This document shows positions 18,557 through 26,564 of a DNA stretch of 36,153 nucleotides, piece by piece. Origin of the DNA: a virus (taxonomy: Duplodnaviria > Caudoviricetes); IMG/VR virus record IMGVR_UViG_3300032608_000364, positions 1-36,153 of that record; one strand, 5' to 3'. The position numbers were made by a program, and so were the translations under genes. The notes beneath the pieces were generated by a model that was given only the letters and a program-made list of their open reading frames with translations, did not search any database and was not told the origin of the DNA. Position 1 is the stretch's first letter. Each line of letters starts with the position of its first letter.

Positions 18557-19056
18557 TCTAATTGCCTATTTGCACAGGGGATCGTTTGACCATCTGCCTC
18601 CGCCTCCTCGTCAGACCAATAAACATCTTGATCTTCTTCCAATCCAATTAAGCAATGTTTAAAATCACCATTTATATCCTTAATATGACCTATTTTATAA
18701 AGATTTCCTAAATGATCTACCATAAAACAATGATGGACTTCCTCTGCTCCAGTTGTTTTATCTTTATGAATATGGTGAATTAAATATTCCCAATCTTCAA
18801 ATCCAATATTTTCTTCTCTTAAAATTCTAATAAGTTTTTCATGGGATTGAATATCAAAATCTATTTTATCTTTATTTTTTTTATACATATTTAGAACTCC
18901 ACTATTGATATTTTTCTTTGATTTATCCCAAATGCTATTACATACAGCATAGCGTTGTTTATTATCTGGATATTCCTTGTTCATAATGTCTGATGATAAA
19001 CACCTGTCCATAAACTTTTTCTTAGATTCACCCTTGACAACTTTAGGCAGCGGCAT
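18553..19056 (-). CDS. Hypothetical phage protein
   Basis: MPLP...ESKKKFMDRC...EYPDNKQRYAVCNSIW N-terminus. Confidence 0.6.
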   Translation of the reverse strand: MPLPKVVKGESKKKFMDRCLSSDIMNKEYPDNKQRYAVCNSIWDKSKKNINSGVLNMYKKNKDKIDFDIQSHEKLIRILREENIGFEDWEYLIHHIHKDKTTGAEEVHHCFMVDHLGNLYKIGHIKDINGDFKHCLIGLEEDQDVYWSDEEAEADGQTIPCANRQLE

Positions 19057-19255
19057 CCCTTATCTCGTAATCCTTCGCTAATGAGTATTCTTTGTTTTTA
19101 ATTATCTTGTCAGTCAGTTTCAGTACCGATATTGATTCACTACTTGATAGATTCTTCTTCTTCAGATACATAACTAACCCAAAAGCAACATCATGTAGTT
19201 TTGTTTGTGAGTTCATAAAGGTTTTAAATCCTCCATTTTGTAATAATAAACCCAT
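19043..19255 (-). CDS. Small hypothetical protein
   Basis: ORF track; co-oriented with neighbours. Confidence 0.4.
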   Translation of the reverse strand: MGLLLQNGGFKTFMNSQTKLHDVAFGLVMYLKKKNLSSSESISVLKLTDKIIKNKEYSLAKDYEIRDAAA

Positions 19256-19358
19256 TCACCATCATGTAAGGTTAAATAACCTTTTCCCCACATCTCCATA
19301 TCCTGTTCTGTCTTTAAATAAAGCAATTTATTTTTATAAATAAATTCCATAAACCCTC

Positions 19359-21377
19359 CTATTGCGGACTTATCGAGCAGCTACACCCAATGTGAAGGGG
19401 AGGTGAAAAATGATCACCCCTAATCTTCATTCCTGTACTAACGCCTTTTGGTTGAAAATCTCCTTGACTAATAAATGGATATTCAATTCCTATCACTTTA
19501 TTATTTAAAGCAGCGCAATAAGGGCATGGTTTTGCGCTTGTATTTATCCATACTAACTTAGTAATCCCCCCTGCAATAAAAACGAATCTCGTTACTGCAT
19601 TATTTGCCCTAACTGTCTCGTTTGATGCAATTTTTTCTGGAGATTTTTCTTGCCACTCACCCACCCTTGTATCAATAGCGTCCCTCATTTCGTCCGGTTC
19701 AGTGTCCCTTAATATGGCCTGTAGTTGTCCTAAAGATGAACTTGTATGCCTTAACGAAAAAGTTTCATTATACTGCCTAATAAACTCTGCTAATTCAGGA
19801 GTCATTTCTGGTTTAACGCCTATCTCATTATTGGCTGCTCGTTCAATATCTTCTGCATATGTCATAAGTAGAGGAAACATGTCTTGTTCAATCGTTTTAC
19901 CGAATGTTTCGTAATAATTCTCCAGCCATTTACTAAATTGTGCTTTTGTTCGTTGCGTCAAGAGCTTATTGGCCGCTACTTTGACTGCCTTAGTTTCTTT
20001 TTCAACGAATCGTTGTGAGGTAGATACAAATAGTTTATGGTAGCTTTTCTGTATGCTGTTACGTTCACGTATTGAACGATATCCAGGTATAGAACGTTCT
20101 TCTTCGATGATTTCCTCTGCCACTTCTTCTGGTTCTGGTTCATTCCCGACATCGGGAATAGGCGGCGGTGGAGGCGGCGGTGCTAATGCCCTACTTAATG
20201 GCACCATATTTAACGGAACGAACTGTTCGTCACCATTTTTAGTCGGATTCATGTCCTCTTTAGCTCGAATTTCGTTGATTGTCATAGCACCAATCATGAA
20301 CATCTGATTATAGAACTTGCCCCTCGACTCAGCATCGCCCCTTAATAGCCCTTCAACTATATGCTTAAAGTAAAATTTACGGTTACGTTCTTTTGGTGAG
20401 AGTAATTGCAGGTCATACCCTTGCTCAAATCTCACTAACCAAGGCAAAACGGAATCAGTAACAAACTCGATTGCCTGATGTTCGATATTTGAGTAAGTCG
20501 AATGCGACATCTCTTTGATTTTATGAGGTGGTACATTAAACCATCGTGCTATTTCGTTGACTGAGAATACCCTGGACTCCAGGAATTGAGCATCTTCTGG
20601 GGGGATACCAAGCTGCTTCATTTCCATACCTTCTTCAAGGATAAGTAACTTATGAGACTTACCTAAACCAGAATATGTTTCCATAAGTGATTTCTGTAAA
20701 TTGTCGTATGCTTCTCCCCCTACCTTTCCAGGATGTTCAAAAACTGCCCCAGGATGCGTACCGGCTCCAAAAAACCTTGCCCCAAACTCCTCCATCGCAA
20801 GTCCGAGGCCAATTGTTTCCCTGGCATACGAAATAACTGAATATCCCTGGATACCGTCAAACCCTAATCCTGGAATATGTAACATTCTATTTCGTGGAAG
20901 TGGTATAGTTTCAGATCCGACTTTGACTTCGTATATTAATTCACCACTGATTCTTCTAATTACAACCCTGTTTGGAGGGATGGGCCATAATGCTATTACT
21001 TCTCCCATACCATTACGCTGTATCTCTGCATAACAGTTACCCCAGCCAAGCACGTGAGCAGTCATTGTTTCCCTGAATGTCATAGCAGACATTTCGGAAT
21101 TAGGAGAAAAGTGAAGTAGATTATGTAAAGGTCGCCTATCTTCTACAACATTTCCCTGATTGGCTTTCTTTCGATATAAATTAAGTGGCAATCCGCCTAT
21201 CGTGCCGGATAAAAGAGCGATTGCGTTAAATACCGCTGAATAACTAAGGGCTTTATCGTAAGTTACATTCACGCCTGCGCTGGATTGTGCCCCGATTAAG
21301 TTCCAATAAGAAGTATCCCATGCCTTTTTGTCAGTTAGGCTAAGGTTTCGTTTGAAAATATTAGTCAGTAACCCCAT
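19359..21377 (-). CDS. HK97-family portal protein fused to a minor-head (Mu gpF-like) domain
   Basis: GNCYAEI, EIARWFNVPPHKI, YSNIE, LLRGD, TINEIR; poly-Pro linker; C-terminal CPYC...PPLHIGCSC. Confidence 0.92.
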   Translation of the reverse strand: MGLLTNIFKRNLSLTDKKAWDTSYWNLIGAQSSAGVNVTYDKALSYSAVFNAIALLSGTIGGLPLNLYRKKANQGNVVEDRRPLHNLLHFSPNSEMSAMTFRETMTAHVLGWGNCYAEIQRNGMGEVIALWPIPPNRVVIRRISGELIYEVKVGSETIPLPRNRMLHIPGLGFDGIQGYSVISYARETIGLGLAMEEFGARFFGAGTHPGAVFEHPGKVGGEAYDNLQKSLMETYSGLGKSHKLLILEEGMEMKQLGIPPEDAQFLESRVFSVNEIARWFNVPPHKIKEMSHSTYSNIEHQAIEFVTDSVLPWLVRFEQGYDLQLLSPKERNRKFYFKHIVEGLLRGDAESRGKFYNQMFMIGAMTINEIRAKEDMNPTKNGDEQFVPLNMVPLSRALAPPPPPPPIPDVGNEPEPEEVAEEIIEEERSIPGYRSIRERNSIQKSYHKLFVSTSQRFVEKETKAVKVAANKLLTQRTKAQFSKWLENYYETFGKTIEQDMFPLLMTYAEDIERAANNEIGVKPEMTPELAEFIRQYNETFSLRHTSSSLGQLQAILRDTEPDEMRDAIDTRVGEWQEKSPEKIASNETVRANNAVTRFVFIAGGITKLVWINTSAKPCPYCAALNNKVIGIEYPFISQGDFQPKGVSTGMKIRGDHFSPPLHIGCSCSISPQ

Positions 21378-21539
21378 TTAGTCTCTCCCAAAGATTACGC
21401 TAACAATGCCAATAAAAAATAATAGGGCACCGATTATTATTAAGGTAGTATTAAGGCCAAAAGATAGGTAGAGGCCAGCACTTAGACATGCCAAGCCTGT
21501 GAAGGACAAAATGTCGGATAAGTCTATTTTTTTAAACAT
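21378..21539 (-). CDS. Small two-TM membrane protein (53 aa) preceding the portal
   Basis: MFKKIDLSDILSFTGLACLSAGLYL...; its stop abuts the portal ATG. Confidence 0.65.
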   Translation of the reverse strand: MFKKIDLSDILSFTGLACLSAGLYLSFGLNTTLIIIGALLFFIGIVSVIFGRD

Positions 21540-21679
21540 ATAGTTAGGTAGGTTTTGGTTGCGCCGGTTTAAAAACCAAGCGGGAGTTTGCCGGCTTCCC
21601 GCATTAAAAAGGACTATAGTCCTTACAAATGTAAGATCTTTAGGTAGGATTTAATGATTTCAAGCGGTTATGTCATTTT

Positions 21680-21979
21680 TTAGTTGTCACCCTTAGTTAT
21701 TTTGGCAATATATTGCTGACTACATGGTAGGTGGTAAGCAATTTCACGAGTTGATAATCCATCTTGATGTAGTAATAGAATTAAATTCTTTAAGGATGCA
21801 GAAGATAGTTTAGAAAAATCCATGTGGTCAAAACAAGGCTTGTTGTCAGGGAAATTATCTATCATACCATTTGATAAAATAAGTTCACCCTGAGATACGT
21901 AATCTTGATTGGCGTAAGTCTCCTCTTCTTGACTAAGTGCTTGATGTGTACTTTGTATAATAGATTTTGAATATGACAT
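21680..21979 (-). CDS. Sigma70 region 4-like HTH protein, possible late-gene regulator
   Basis: ILLLHQDGLSTREIAYHLPCSQQYIAKI; GGAGG RBS; sits upstream of the portal operon. Confidence 0.6.
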   Translation of the reverse strand: MSYSKSIIQSTHQALSQEEETYANQDYVSQGELILSNGMIDNFPDNKPCFDHMDFSKLSSASLKNLILLLHQDGLSTREIAYHLPCSQQYIAKITKGDN

Positions 21980-22116
21980 GACGCCTCCATTGAACCGAGG
22001 CCATCATTGTAAGGTAGGTCTGGTTAGTTTTCGCCAACCGTCCTTGTTTGGGTAGGTTATTTTGGCGGGTTAATTGATTATGGTCTTATGGTATCATCTC
22101 CTTTCATTGAAGATTA

Positions 22117-22336
22117 CGCATTTGGGTAGTGGGTTTCAACAAAAGACTGGCTCGCATATATATGTTGGGTTTTAAACTCTTATTAGCTCGCATTCTTATT
22201 CTGGGTTTCAATGAATTATTAGCTCGCATTGGAAACCTGAGTTTCAATTTCCATTTGGCTCGCAAACTGCTATTGGGTTTCACGGAACGGGTGGCTCGCA
22301 TTGCGACTGTGGGTTTCAAGTGCCTGCTGGCTCGCA
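22117..22336 (-). repeat. TIGR array 3: six 36-nt dual-spacer units
   Basis: TGCGAGCYA-A-TGAAACCCA-B. A/B: GCAGGCACT/CAGTCGCAA, CCCGTTCCG/ATAGCAGTT, AATGGAAAT/GGTTTCCAA, ATAATTCAT/GAATAAGAA, ATAAGAGTT/ACATATATA, GTCTTTTGT/CTACCCAAA. Confidence 0.93.
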
Positions 22337-22344
22337 TTTTATAT

Positions 22345-23439
22345 CTAACCTACATTTGCAAAACGAGATTCATCTCTCCCGACATCGGGAATCATAAACG
22401 GTTCAATCGCTTGATAAAGTTCTTGATACCGTTCAAGTTCCTTTTTAAGTTCATATATCGTTCCCTTCAGTTTAATAATTTGTTTATCTTTTGCCTTGAT
22501 TATCCTATATGCATCATTAAGCTCTTGCGATGATAGATCAATTCGTCTTTCAAAGTCCTTAACATCCAGCCTTTCTTTCTTTTCAGGTACAGGTTTACTA
22601 TATACGTGGATAATGTCTGCAATCTGCTCCCGCTTGATAGGCTTTTTAAGGACAGAGTCTTTTTTCTTGATTTCCGTTAATACGGTTTTCAGTTTCCCAA
22701 CTCCACACTTGTTCTTAATCCGAGTTATAAGCCCCGTTCCATGCTCCATAGCCTCTTTCTCAAAATTAAAATAGGCTATCCGTTTGTCATAGTAAGCATT
22801 GTATCTGATACCAAAGACATCCAGTAAGTAAACTTTGAATGGTGAGTTTTTGTACCTCGGATTTTCCTTGTACCTTTTAGTTAGCTCCAAATAAAACAGC
22901 AATTCAACTCCGGCCTTGTCATTTTCTGCTAAGGTTTTCTTGCTTTTCATGAACAAATGTTCAATCTGTGTAATACTTAACGCATTGTATTTTGTTTTTA
23001 ATGCTTTTGCATCCATGTTATTATCTCCTTTCATAACGGTTTTATTGTTTTCAGACAAATCAACAGCCCATTTCATTAAGTCACCACTAAAGTCATAGGT
23101 CTCAAATGTACCTTTCGTATAGTTCCAATGTTCAACAACTCCTATAGAAAATTCCTTTACATTAATTGGATCATAAACTCTCCACTCCCATTTAAGTGAT
23201 TGACTTTTATATTTCCAATAAGATTTTATAGGTAGTGGACACTCTAAAGTACCTATAAGGCTACCAGTTACCTTTTTTTTAATACGAAAATTAGCTTTGA
23301 GTACATCTAAATCAAAAAGATAAAGATATTGCCCAAAATAAGATATAAATTTATTCTGACTAAAATAGATACAATTATCCTTACCGTTTGGTTTCAATAC
23401 TCTTAATCTCTTATCAGAAACATGGCATAAAATTATCAT
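22345..23439 (-). CDS. Hypothetical protein between arrays 2 and 3; internal start at 23016 gives a 223-aa helical/coiled-coil protein
   Basis: AAGGAGA precedes in-frame ATG 23016 (MDAKALK...); heptad-rich C-terminus. Confidence 0.65.
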   Translation of the reverse strand: MIILCHVSDKRLRVLKPNGKDNCIYFSQNKFISYFGQYLYLFDLDVLKANFRIKKKVTGSLIGTLECPLPIKSYWKYKSQSLKWEWRVYDPINVKEFSIGVVEHWNYTKGTFETYDFSGDLMKWAVDLSENNKTVMKGDNNMDAKALKTKYNALSITQIEHLFMKSKKTLAENDKAGVELLFYLELTKRYKENPRYKNSPFKVYLLDVFGIRYNAYYDKRIAYFNFEKEAMEHGTGLITRIKNKCGVGKLKTVLTEIKKKDSVLKKPIKREQIADIIHVYSKPVPEKKERLDVKDFERRIDLSSQELNDAYRIIKAKDKQIIKLKGTIYELKKELERYQELYQAIEPFMIPDVGRDESRFANVG

Positions 23440-23454
23440 AGGATACCCATCTTT

Positions 23455-23649
23455 TTAATTTGTATATATCACATTGACCTTTTTATATGATCTTCCGTTT
23501 AAGAGAACACCCTCCCCTATTTGTTTACACTCCTTGCTTGTTAATGGTGTATCACCCTCTGGGGTTTCCATCGCAACTGCCATGAAATTGGGTTTATAAA
23601 GTTTATCTCCTTCCTCTACAAAATAACAATTGTTTATTTTTTTCATCAT
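23455..23649 (-). CDS. Small hypothetical protein directly after array 2
   Basis: AAAGGAGA RBS; 64 aa. Confidence 0.6.
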   Translation of the reverse strand: MMKKINNCYFVEEGDKLYKPNFMAVAMETPEGDTPLTSKECKQIGEGVLLNGRSYKKVNVIYTN

Positions 23650-23682
23650 AAGTCTCCTTTCGTTTAAATTGTTAATGGTTTA

Positions 23683-23902
23683 CGCATTTTTTTGATGGGT
23701 TTCAAAGCACGCCTGGCTCGCAAGCTATAAATGGGTTTCAAGTCTGCTTTGGCTCGCATGCAAAAATTGGGTTTCAAGTCTGCTTTGGCTCGCATCTTCC
23801 AAGTGGGTTTCAACCTGTACTTGGCTCGCATACTATCACTGGGTTTCAAACGAGTACTAGCTCGCATTTTGGCAGTAGGTTTCAAATGACTCATAGCTCA
23901 TG
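23683..23902 (-). repeat. TIGR array 2: six 36-nt dual-spacer units
   Basis: A/B: TGAGTCATT/CTGCCAAAA, GTACTCGTT/GTGATAGTA, AGTACAGGT/CTTGGAAGA, AAGCAGACT/ATTTTTGCA, AAGCAGACT/TTTATAGCT, GGCGTGCTT/TCAAAAAAA. Starts 4 nt after the tas stop codon. Confidence 0.93.
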
Positions 23903-23906
23903 TCAT

Positions 23907-24803
23907 TTATGCTGCCTTTTTCAATTCCTCCCAATAGTACGGCAATATCACATCGTGCCCTAAATGCTTTCCGACATACGGTTCTGTAACGGGCAAACCG
24001 TCTAACGTCCTTGCCACTTGCCAAAAGTGGCTTAAAAATAGCTTTGCCGCTTCGTTCCGTGCCGCATTATGAATATGTCCCTTTTTCCAAGGAATTTCCC
24101 TGGCATCATTCTTCTTTAAATGCTTTTCCTTCTGTTTCAACATAAAAGCCTTGTAAGGATATTCCTCGCTCTGGCGATTGAACTGATCTCCAACTTGAAA
24201 TGTTATTGTCCGGCCTTTTGTTGACCAGTCCACCTGAGTACCCTTTTTACGCTTAGGCATTTCCCCATCAACAACATGCCTTCCTAAGTAATGCCACCAA
24301 CTTGAAATATTAGCGAAGTCCTTGATTTCGATTTTATGTTGCAGGTTGCCCTCGCCTTTAACTGACTTCTGACACGCCTCGCAAAATAAAGTATTGAATT
24401 CCTTCCCTGTTTTTTCGTCAATAACAGTTTTCTTGATAAGCCCACCTTTGCAGTCTGGACATATCGTAATAAACCGATAATAATACATGATTATCAGGTT
24501 TGCCGCTATTGTTGGGCCAATCCCAGGTACTTTCTCCATCCATTCTGTCCAGATAGGCCACTGATTGAGTTCTTTTTCGATCCGTCTTGTTAGTTGGCCT
24601 CTTATGGATTCCAGACCTTGATATTTTATGGTTTGTTTGTCTTTCGACTCTATCTCGCCGTATAGAAGCGGATCGTGCTGGACTTCCGTTTCAGGGGTTA
24701 GAGATTGCAGCCGATTTTTGGTTGACGTGATCAACTTAATCAATCCCTCGTAACTCCTAACTAAGTAATTTAAATTAGTAATTGTGTCTGTTTGAATATC
24801 CAT
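23907..24803 (-). CDS. tasA: TIGR-associated Nop-domain protein (TasA-like, no nuclease domain) with zinc-ribbon insertion, 298 aa
   Basis: Coiled coil, WMEKVPGIGPTIAANLI, FANISSWWHYLG, KRKKG...WS, HIHNAARNEAAKLFLSHFW...PY...LGH (Nop/IS110 C-terminal-like); AAGGAGG before ATG 24803; flanked by arrays. Confidence 0.85.
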   Translation of the reverse strand: MDIQTDTITNLNYLVRSYEGLIKLITSTKNRLQSLTPETEVQHDPLLYGEIESKDKQTIKYQGLESIRGQLTRRIEKELNQWPIWTEWMEKVPGIGPTIAANLIIMYYYRFITICPDCKGGLIKKTVIDEKTGKEFNTLFCEACQKSVKGEGNLQHKIEIKDFANISSWWHYLGRHVVDGEMPKRKKGTQVDWSTKGRTITFQVGDQFNRQSEEYPYKAFMLKQKEKHLKKNDAREIPWKKGHIHNAARNEAAKLFLSHFWQVARTLDGLPVTEPYVGKHLGHDVILPYYWEELKKAA

Positions 24804-24838
24804 AACGCATCCTCCTTTAGGTTTAAATTGTTTTTGGT

Positions 24839-25063
24839 TAGCTCGCACTCATTAATTGGGTTTCACACGACAACTGGCTCGCATTTTCCTTAGGGGTTTC
24901 AAACCTTTAATGGCTCGCATTCCACTAATGGGTTTCAATTTCCAAATGGCTCGCAATATTATTCTGGGTTTCATCGGATCCCTGGCTCGCACTGTCCATA
25001 TGGGTTTCAGGCATAAAATGGCTCGCATCTCCGGCTTGGGTTTCAACATATCCCTGGCTCACA
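24839..25063 (-). repeat. TIGR array 1: six 36-nt dual-spacer units plus closing repeat
   Basis: A/B: GGGATATGT/AGCCGGAGA, TTTTATGCC/TATGGACAG, GGGATCCGA/GAATAATAT, TTTGGAAAT/TTAGTGGAA, TTAAAGGTT/TAAGGAAAA, GTTGTCGTG/ATTAATGAG. A degenerate seventh unit merges with the tas RBS. Confidence 0.93.
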
Positions 25064-25129
25064 AAAAAACCCCGCCGAACTCCCGTGCACGATGAAGATA
25101 ACAGTTTCATCCAGGAATCCAGCAGGGTT
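25063..25129 (-). terminator. Terminator-like long hairpin with U7 tract immediately before array 1
   Basis: AACCCTGCTGGATTCC...GGGAGTTCGGCGGGGTTTTTTT. Confidence 0.6.
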
Positions 25130-25215
25130 GATTTTTCAGTTACCCTTACAAGGGATGCTTAGGAGGTTTACATGTGGCCTCATATCCTCCCCAGTTACCT
25201 CCATCGTGCAAAACC

Positions 25216-25244
25216 AACGTATCACAGCCAAATCGAAATGTCAA
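25216..25244 (-). promoter_or_regulatory. Sigma70-type promoter of the TIGR-Tas operon
   Basis: TTGACA-N17-TACGTT with TG upstream of the -10. Confidence 0.6.
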
Positions 25245-25476
25245 GCCTTTTTTCACTTTCCTGCAATAAAAATGCTAACCCATTGATTATTCAGGTATTT
25301 CCTGATCTAAATAAATTTCAAGCTCGTATTCTGCATCTTTTAACTTTTTTTCTGCTACCTTAACGGCCCTCATTAAATGCACTATATCAGTTATTATATA
25401 GTCTTGTTCCCCTCTCCCTATACGCTCTTTAGCTTCTTCATGAAGCAGTCGTCTTTTCATCTTAATTCTCCTTATG

Positions 25477-25665
25477 TTATAGGGTTATTTCAGGTATTTT
25501 CTGCCCAAGTAGCTTGTCTAAATCCTCTTTTGCTGCCTGCAATTGCTTCTCAGTACCCTTTAAGGTAGCCTCCAGTTGCTTAATCCTGACCATCATGTCT
25601 ATCACTTCGCCCATCGCTTCATATTTCAGCTTAATGTCATCGGTAAATAATTCTTTGTATAGCAT
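25477..25665 (-). CDS. Small coiled-coil hypothetical protein
   Basis: AAGGAG RBS; heptad pattern. Confidence 0.55.
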   Translation of the reverse strand: MLYKELFTDDIKLKYEAMGEVIDMMVRIKQLEATLKGTEKQLQAAKEDLDKLLGQKIPEITL

Positions 25666-25667
25666 AG

Positions 25668-26027
25668 TTAGTCTCCTTTTAAAGTTGAGGTGTATTTTTT
25701 TATTAAAGCATCTTGCTTTTCAAATTGATTCACCCTCTCATAAAAAAAATCAAAGTGTCCAGCAAAATAATTTATATGATTTATTCTGCAAGTTTGATAT
25801 AACGTTTCTATTGGCTCTCCTTCAGGATAGTCTACAGTGAATTGCCAGTCAAAAGCTCTATAACTTGGAGTTGACCATTGTTCAAAAATATATAATTGCG
25901 CATCCATGGAAGCAATCCAATCCGTAATAATAGTCTCAAGACCCCTCTCAAGGTTCATCTCAAATCCCTTGCAAACCTTCTTAAGAGGCTCAATTAGCTC
26001 ATCAGGTAGATTTATTTTAATTTCCAT
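25668..26027 (-). CDS. Hypothetical protein, possible ribbon-helix-helix N-terminus
   Basis: MEIKINLPDELIEPLKKVC...; GAGG RBS. Confidence 0.55.
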   Translation of the reverse strand: MEIKINLPDELIEPLKKVCKGFEMNLERGLETIITDWIASMDAQLYIFEQWSTPSYRAFDWQFTVDYPEGEPIETLYQTCRINHINYFAGHFDFFYERVNQFEKQDALIKKYTSTLKGD

Positions 26028-26161
26028 AAAAAATACCTCGTTTTTTAAGTTTATCCCTTCCCCTTATGGATAATTCGTGACAAAACCCCATAATCGCTTA
26101 ATTATTTCAAGAGCTTAACTCTTCATACCCCTCCCCCCGTTCTTCCCTTATGATTTTATGC

Positions 26162-26356
26162 ATTAGATGTCTAATCCTTTAAGGCTTAATATCTAAATAC
26201 ATAAGATACCACAATAAAGCCAGTCCCCATCCAATAAATTGGCCAACCTTAGTACCATGTATGAAAGATAAGCCCATAATTATTCCAAACGTAACAATTA
26301 TAAAAATTTGCATTACCCCTATTTCCATATTTCCTCCTTTATATTAGACATCTAAT
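26162..26356. repeat. Palindrome ATTAGA-N2-TCTAAT at 26162-26175 and 26343-26356; variant at 29833-29846
   Basis: All three copies lie 0-3 nt after minus-strand stop codons. Confidence 0.6.
26179..26328 (-). CDS. Small membrane protein (49 aa)
   Basis: AAAGGAGG RBS; two hydrophobic stretches. Confidence 0.6.
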   Translation of the reverse strand: MEIGVMQIFIIVTFGIIMGLSFIHGTKVGQFIGWGLALLWYLMYLDIKP

Positions 26357-26557
26357 TTATTTCGTTGATTGAAATACAACACCGTCTTTAGTTCTGGTTT
26401 CAACCTTCTGGCATATACCATTAGAGTCGATATGTCCCCAAATTTCTGCACCTTCGACCTCTACCTTATGGTGTGCGCCAGCAAAATTGATAGGTATTGG
26501 CCAACTTTCAAATAGTTCCTTGTAGATTTTCAGTTCTGATTTAGTTCGGTATATCAA
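26357..26557 (-). CDS. Small hypothetical protein
   Basis: ORF track; co-oriented; GAGG upstream. Confidence 0.45.
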   Translation of the reverse strand: MIYRTKSELKIYKELFESWPIPINFAGAHHKVEVEGAEIWGHIDSNGICQKVETRTKDGVVFQSTK

Positions 26558-26564
26558 AAGCTTA

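Noticed and set aside
426-20307. Plus-strand ORFs opposite the structural and transferase genes
   Set aside because: Antisense shadows of well-supported minus-strand genes, with no recognisable motifs.
23907-24848. IS110 transposase call and the GTG start at 24848
   Set aside because: No N-terminal DEDD domain; the GTG lies inside a repeat, while ATG 24803 has AAGGAGG.
22117-25063. CRISPR array interpretation of the repeats
   Set aside because: Repeats and spacers are 9 nt and alternate between two repeat types; no cas genes in the window.
22104-25110. ORFs 22104..22337, 22129..22533, 23664..23894, 24852..25049, 24856..25095 and 24925..25110
   Set aside because: Their MRA...LKP periodicity is a by-product of the 36-nt repeat; the variable positions fit RNA spacers.
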